Part shown: in pieces, positions 63,330 through 64,000 of the stretch | Position numbering within the stretch: the first letter of the stretch is position 1 | How the letters are laid out: each line of letters begins with the position of its first letter | From: an uncultured Eubacteriales bacterium | GTDB lineage: Bacteria; Bacillota; Clostridia; Lachnospirales; Anaerotignaceae | Assembly: GCA_900546215.1 (NCBI GenBank) | Contig: URCD01000001.1 | Span: 15,540-79,539, forward strand | Length of the DNA: 64,000 nt | Direction: 5' to 3' | The notes under the pieces: model-generated | Told to the model about the DNA's origin: nothing | Databases searched by the model: none | What the model saw: the letters and a program-made list of their open reading frames with translations, nothing else | Translations under genes and position numbers: made by a program

Positions 63330-64000
63330 TCAGCCTTTTCCAAGATATAATTCTTTTACCTTCTCATTGGCCAGAAGCTCTTTTCCGGTGCCATGGAGGG
63401 CTATTGTGCCTGTCTCTAGAACATAGGCTATATCGGCCGTATGGAGGGCCATATTGGCATTCTGCTCTATGAGCAGTATTGTAACGCCGTTTTTATTTAT
63501 CTCTTTTATAATATTGAATATTTCCTTAACTATAAGCGGAGCAAGTCCCAGTGAGGGCTCATCCATCATTATCAGCTTGGGACGGCTCATAAGAGCTCTA
63601 CCTACAGCCAGCATCTGCTGCTCGCCGCCGGAAAGTGTACCGGCCTGCTGCCAGTTTCTTTCCTTAAGACGGGGAAACAATGTGTATACCCATTCAATAT
63701 CATCATTAAGGTTATCCTTGCGGAGGTAGGCTCCGATTTTCAGATTTTCAAGAACAGTCATATCAGGAAATACATGACGGCCTTCTGGTACCAGCGTAAT
63801 TCCTTTATTAACTATACCGTAAGTCGGAAGCTTGGTAAGCTCCTCGCCGTTATATGTTATCGAACCGGAGGCAGGATGAACCAATCCGGTAATTGTGCGC
63901 AGTATTGTCGATTTTCCGGCTCCGTTTGCGCCGATAAGCGTTACAATTTTACCTTCTGGAACCTCAAATGAAACATCGCGGACGGCTTTGATACCGCCGT
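63330..64000 (-). CDS. Branched-chain amino acid ABC transporter ATP-binding protein (LivF-like). The N-terminus continues beyond the window end
   Basis: Walker A 'GANGAGKST' is encoded at ~63900-63930, with an ABC signature and Walker B downstream. The ORF is open to position 64000. Confidence 0.7.
   Translation of the reverse strand, partial: GGIKAVRDVSFEVPEGKIVTLIGANGAGKSTILRTITGLVHPASGSITYNGEELTKLPTYGIVNKGITLVPEGRHVFPDMTVLENLKIGAYLRKDNLNDDIEWVYTLFPRLKERNWQQAGTLSGGEQQMLAVGRALMSRPKLIMMDEPSLGLAPLIVKEIFNIIKEINKNGVTILLIEQNANMALHTADIAYVLETGTIALHGTGKELLANEKVKELYLGKG

Noticed and set aside
1-64000. CRISPR array, tRNA/rRNA genes, transposase, integrase or prophage structural genes
   Set aside because: I looked through every intergenic region >60 nt for regularly spaced direct repeats and saw none. 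There is no integrase, transposase or recombinase motif in the ORF translations, and no tRNA-like cloverleaf candidates. The only mobile-element-like signature is the split XRE / pseudo-ImmA pair, which is reported as a finding.

Overview
This is a densely coding chromosomal segment of Firmicutes/Clostridia type (AT-rich intergenic regions, AGGAGG ribosome-binding sites, many overlapping stop/start junctions). It holds about 60 CDS. I saw no rRNA, tRNA, CRISPR array, integrase or transposase.

The main theme is a selenium-dependent molybdenum-hydroxylase (SDMH) / anaerobic purine-catabolism supercluster, split into two blocks.

Block A (479-18393):
- Two xanthine-dehydrogenase-family enzymes are transcribed divergently: an XdhD-like fused 2Fe-2S + molybdopterin protein, and a canonical xdhA-xdhB-xdhC trio.
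- An enolase-superfamily enzyme follows.
- Next is a BMP-family nucleoside ABC importer, co-oriented and tightly packed with an ADP-forming acyl-CoA synthetase, an adenosine-deaminase-family amidohydrolase and two crotonase-family enzymes.

Block B (31984-42006):
- A ModE-like regulator, YqeC, YqeB and an orphan Cys-type SelD (the labile-selenium cofactor maturation set).
- An SsnA-YgfK operon that appears to continue into a nucleotidyltransferase and a lactate/malate-dehydrogenase-family gene.

Between and after these blocks lie:
- a HelD-like helicase;
- two sigma/anti-sigma modules, one with an ABC exporter;
- a Cache-GGDEF cyclase, queG, a MarR regulator and an SDR oxidoreductase;
- azlCD;
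- an XRE-regulated module containing an atypical 2-hydroxyacyl-CoA dehydratase (one subunit fused to its activase) followed by a catalytically dead ImmA-like protein;
- a MocR regulator divergent from an ECF S-component plus a class V aminotransferase;
- PiT with a DUF47 partner;
- a lysine riboswitch controlling an amino-acid ABC importer;
- a candidate leader-peptide attenuator upstream of a CorC/HlyC transporter;
- a LarA-family racemase with a Na+/solute symporter;
- HAD, YkoF and LivF-like genes.

All functional calls come from reading motifs in the translated ORFs. No database search was run.
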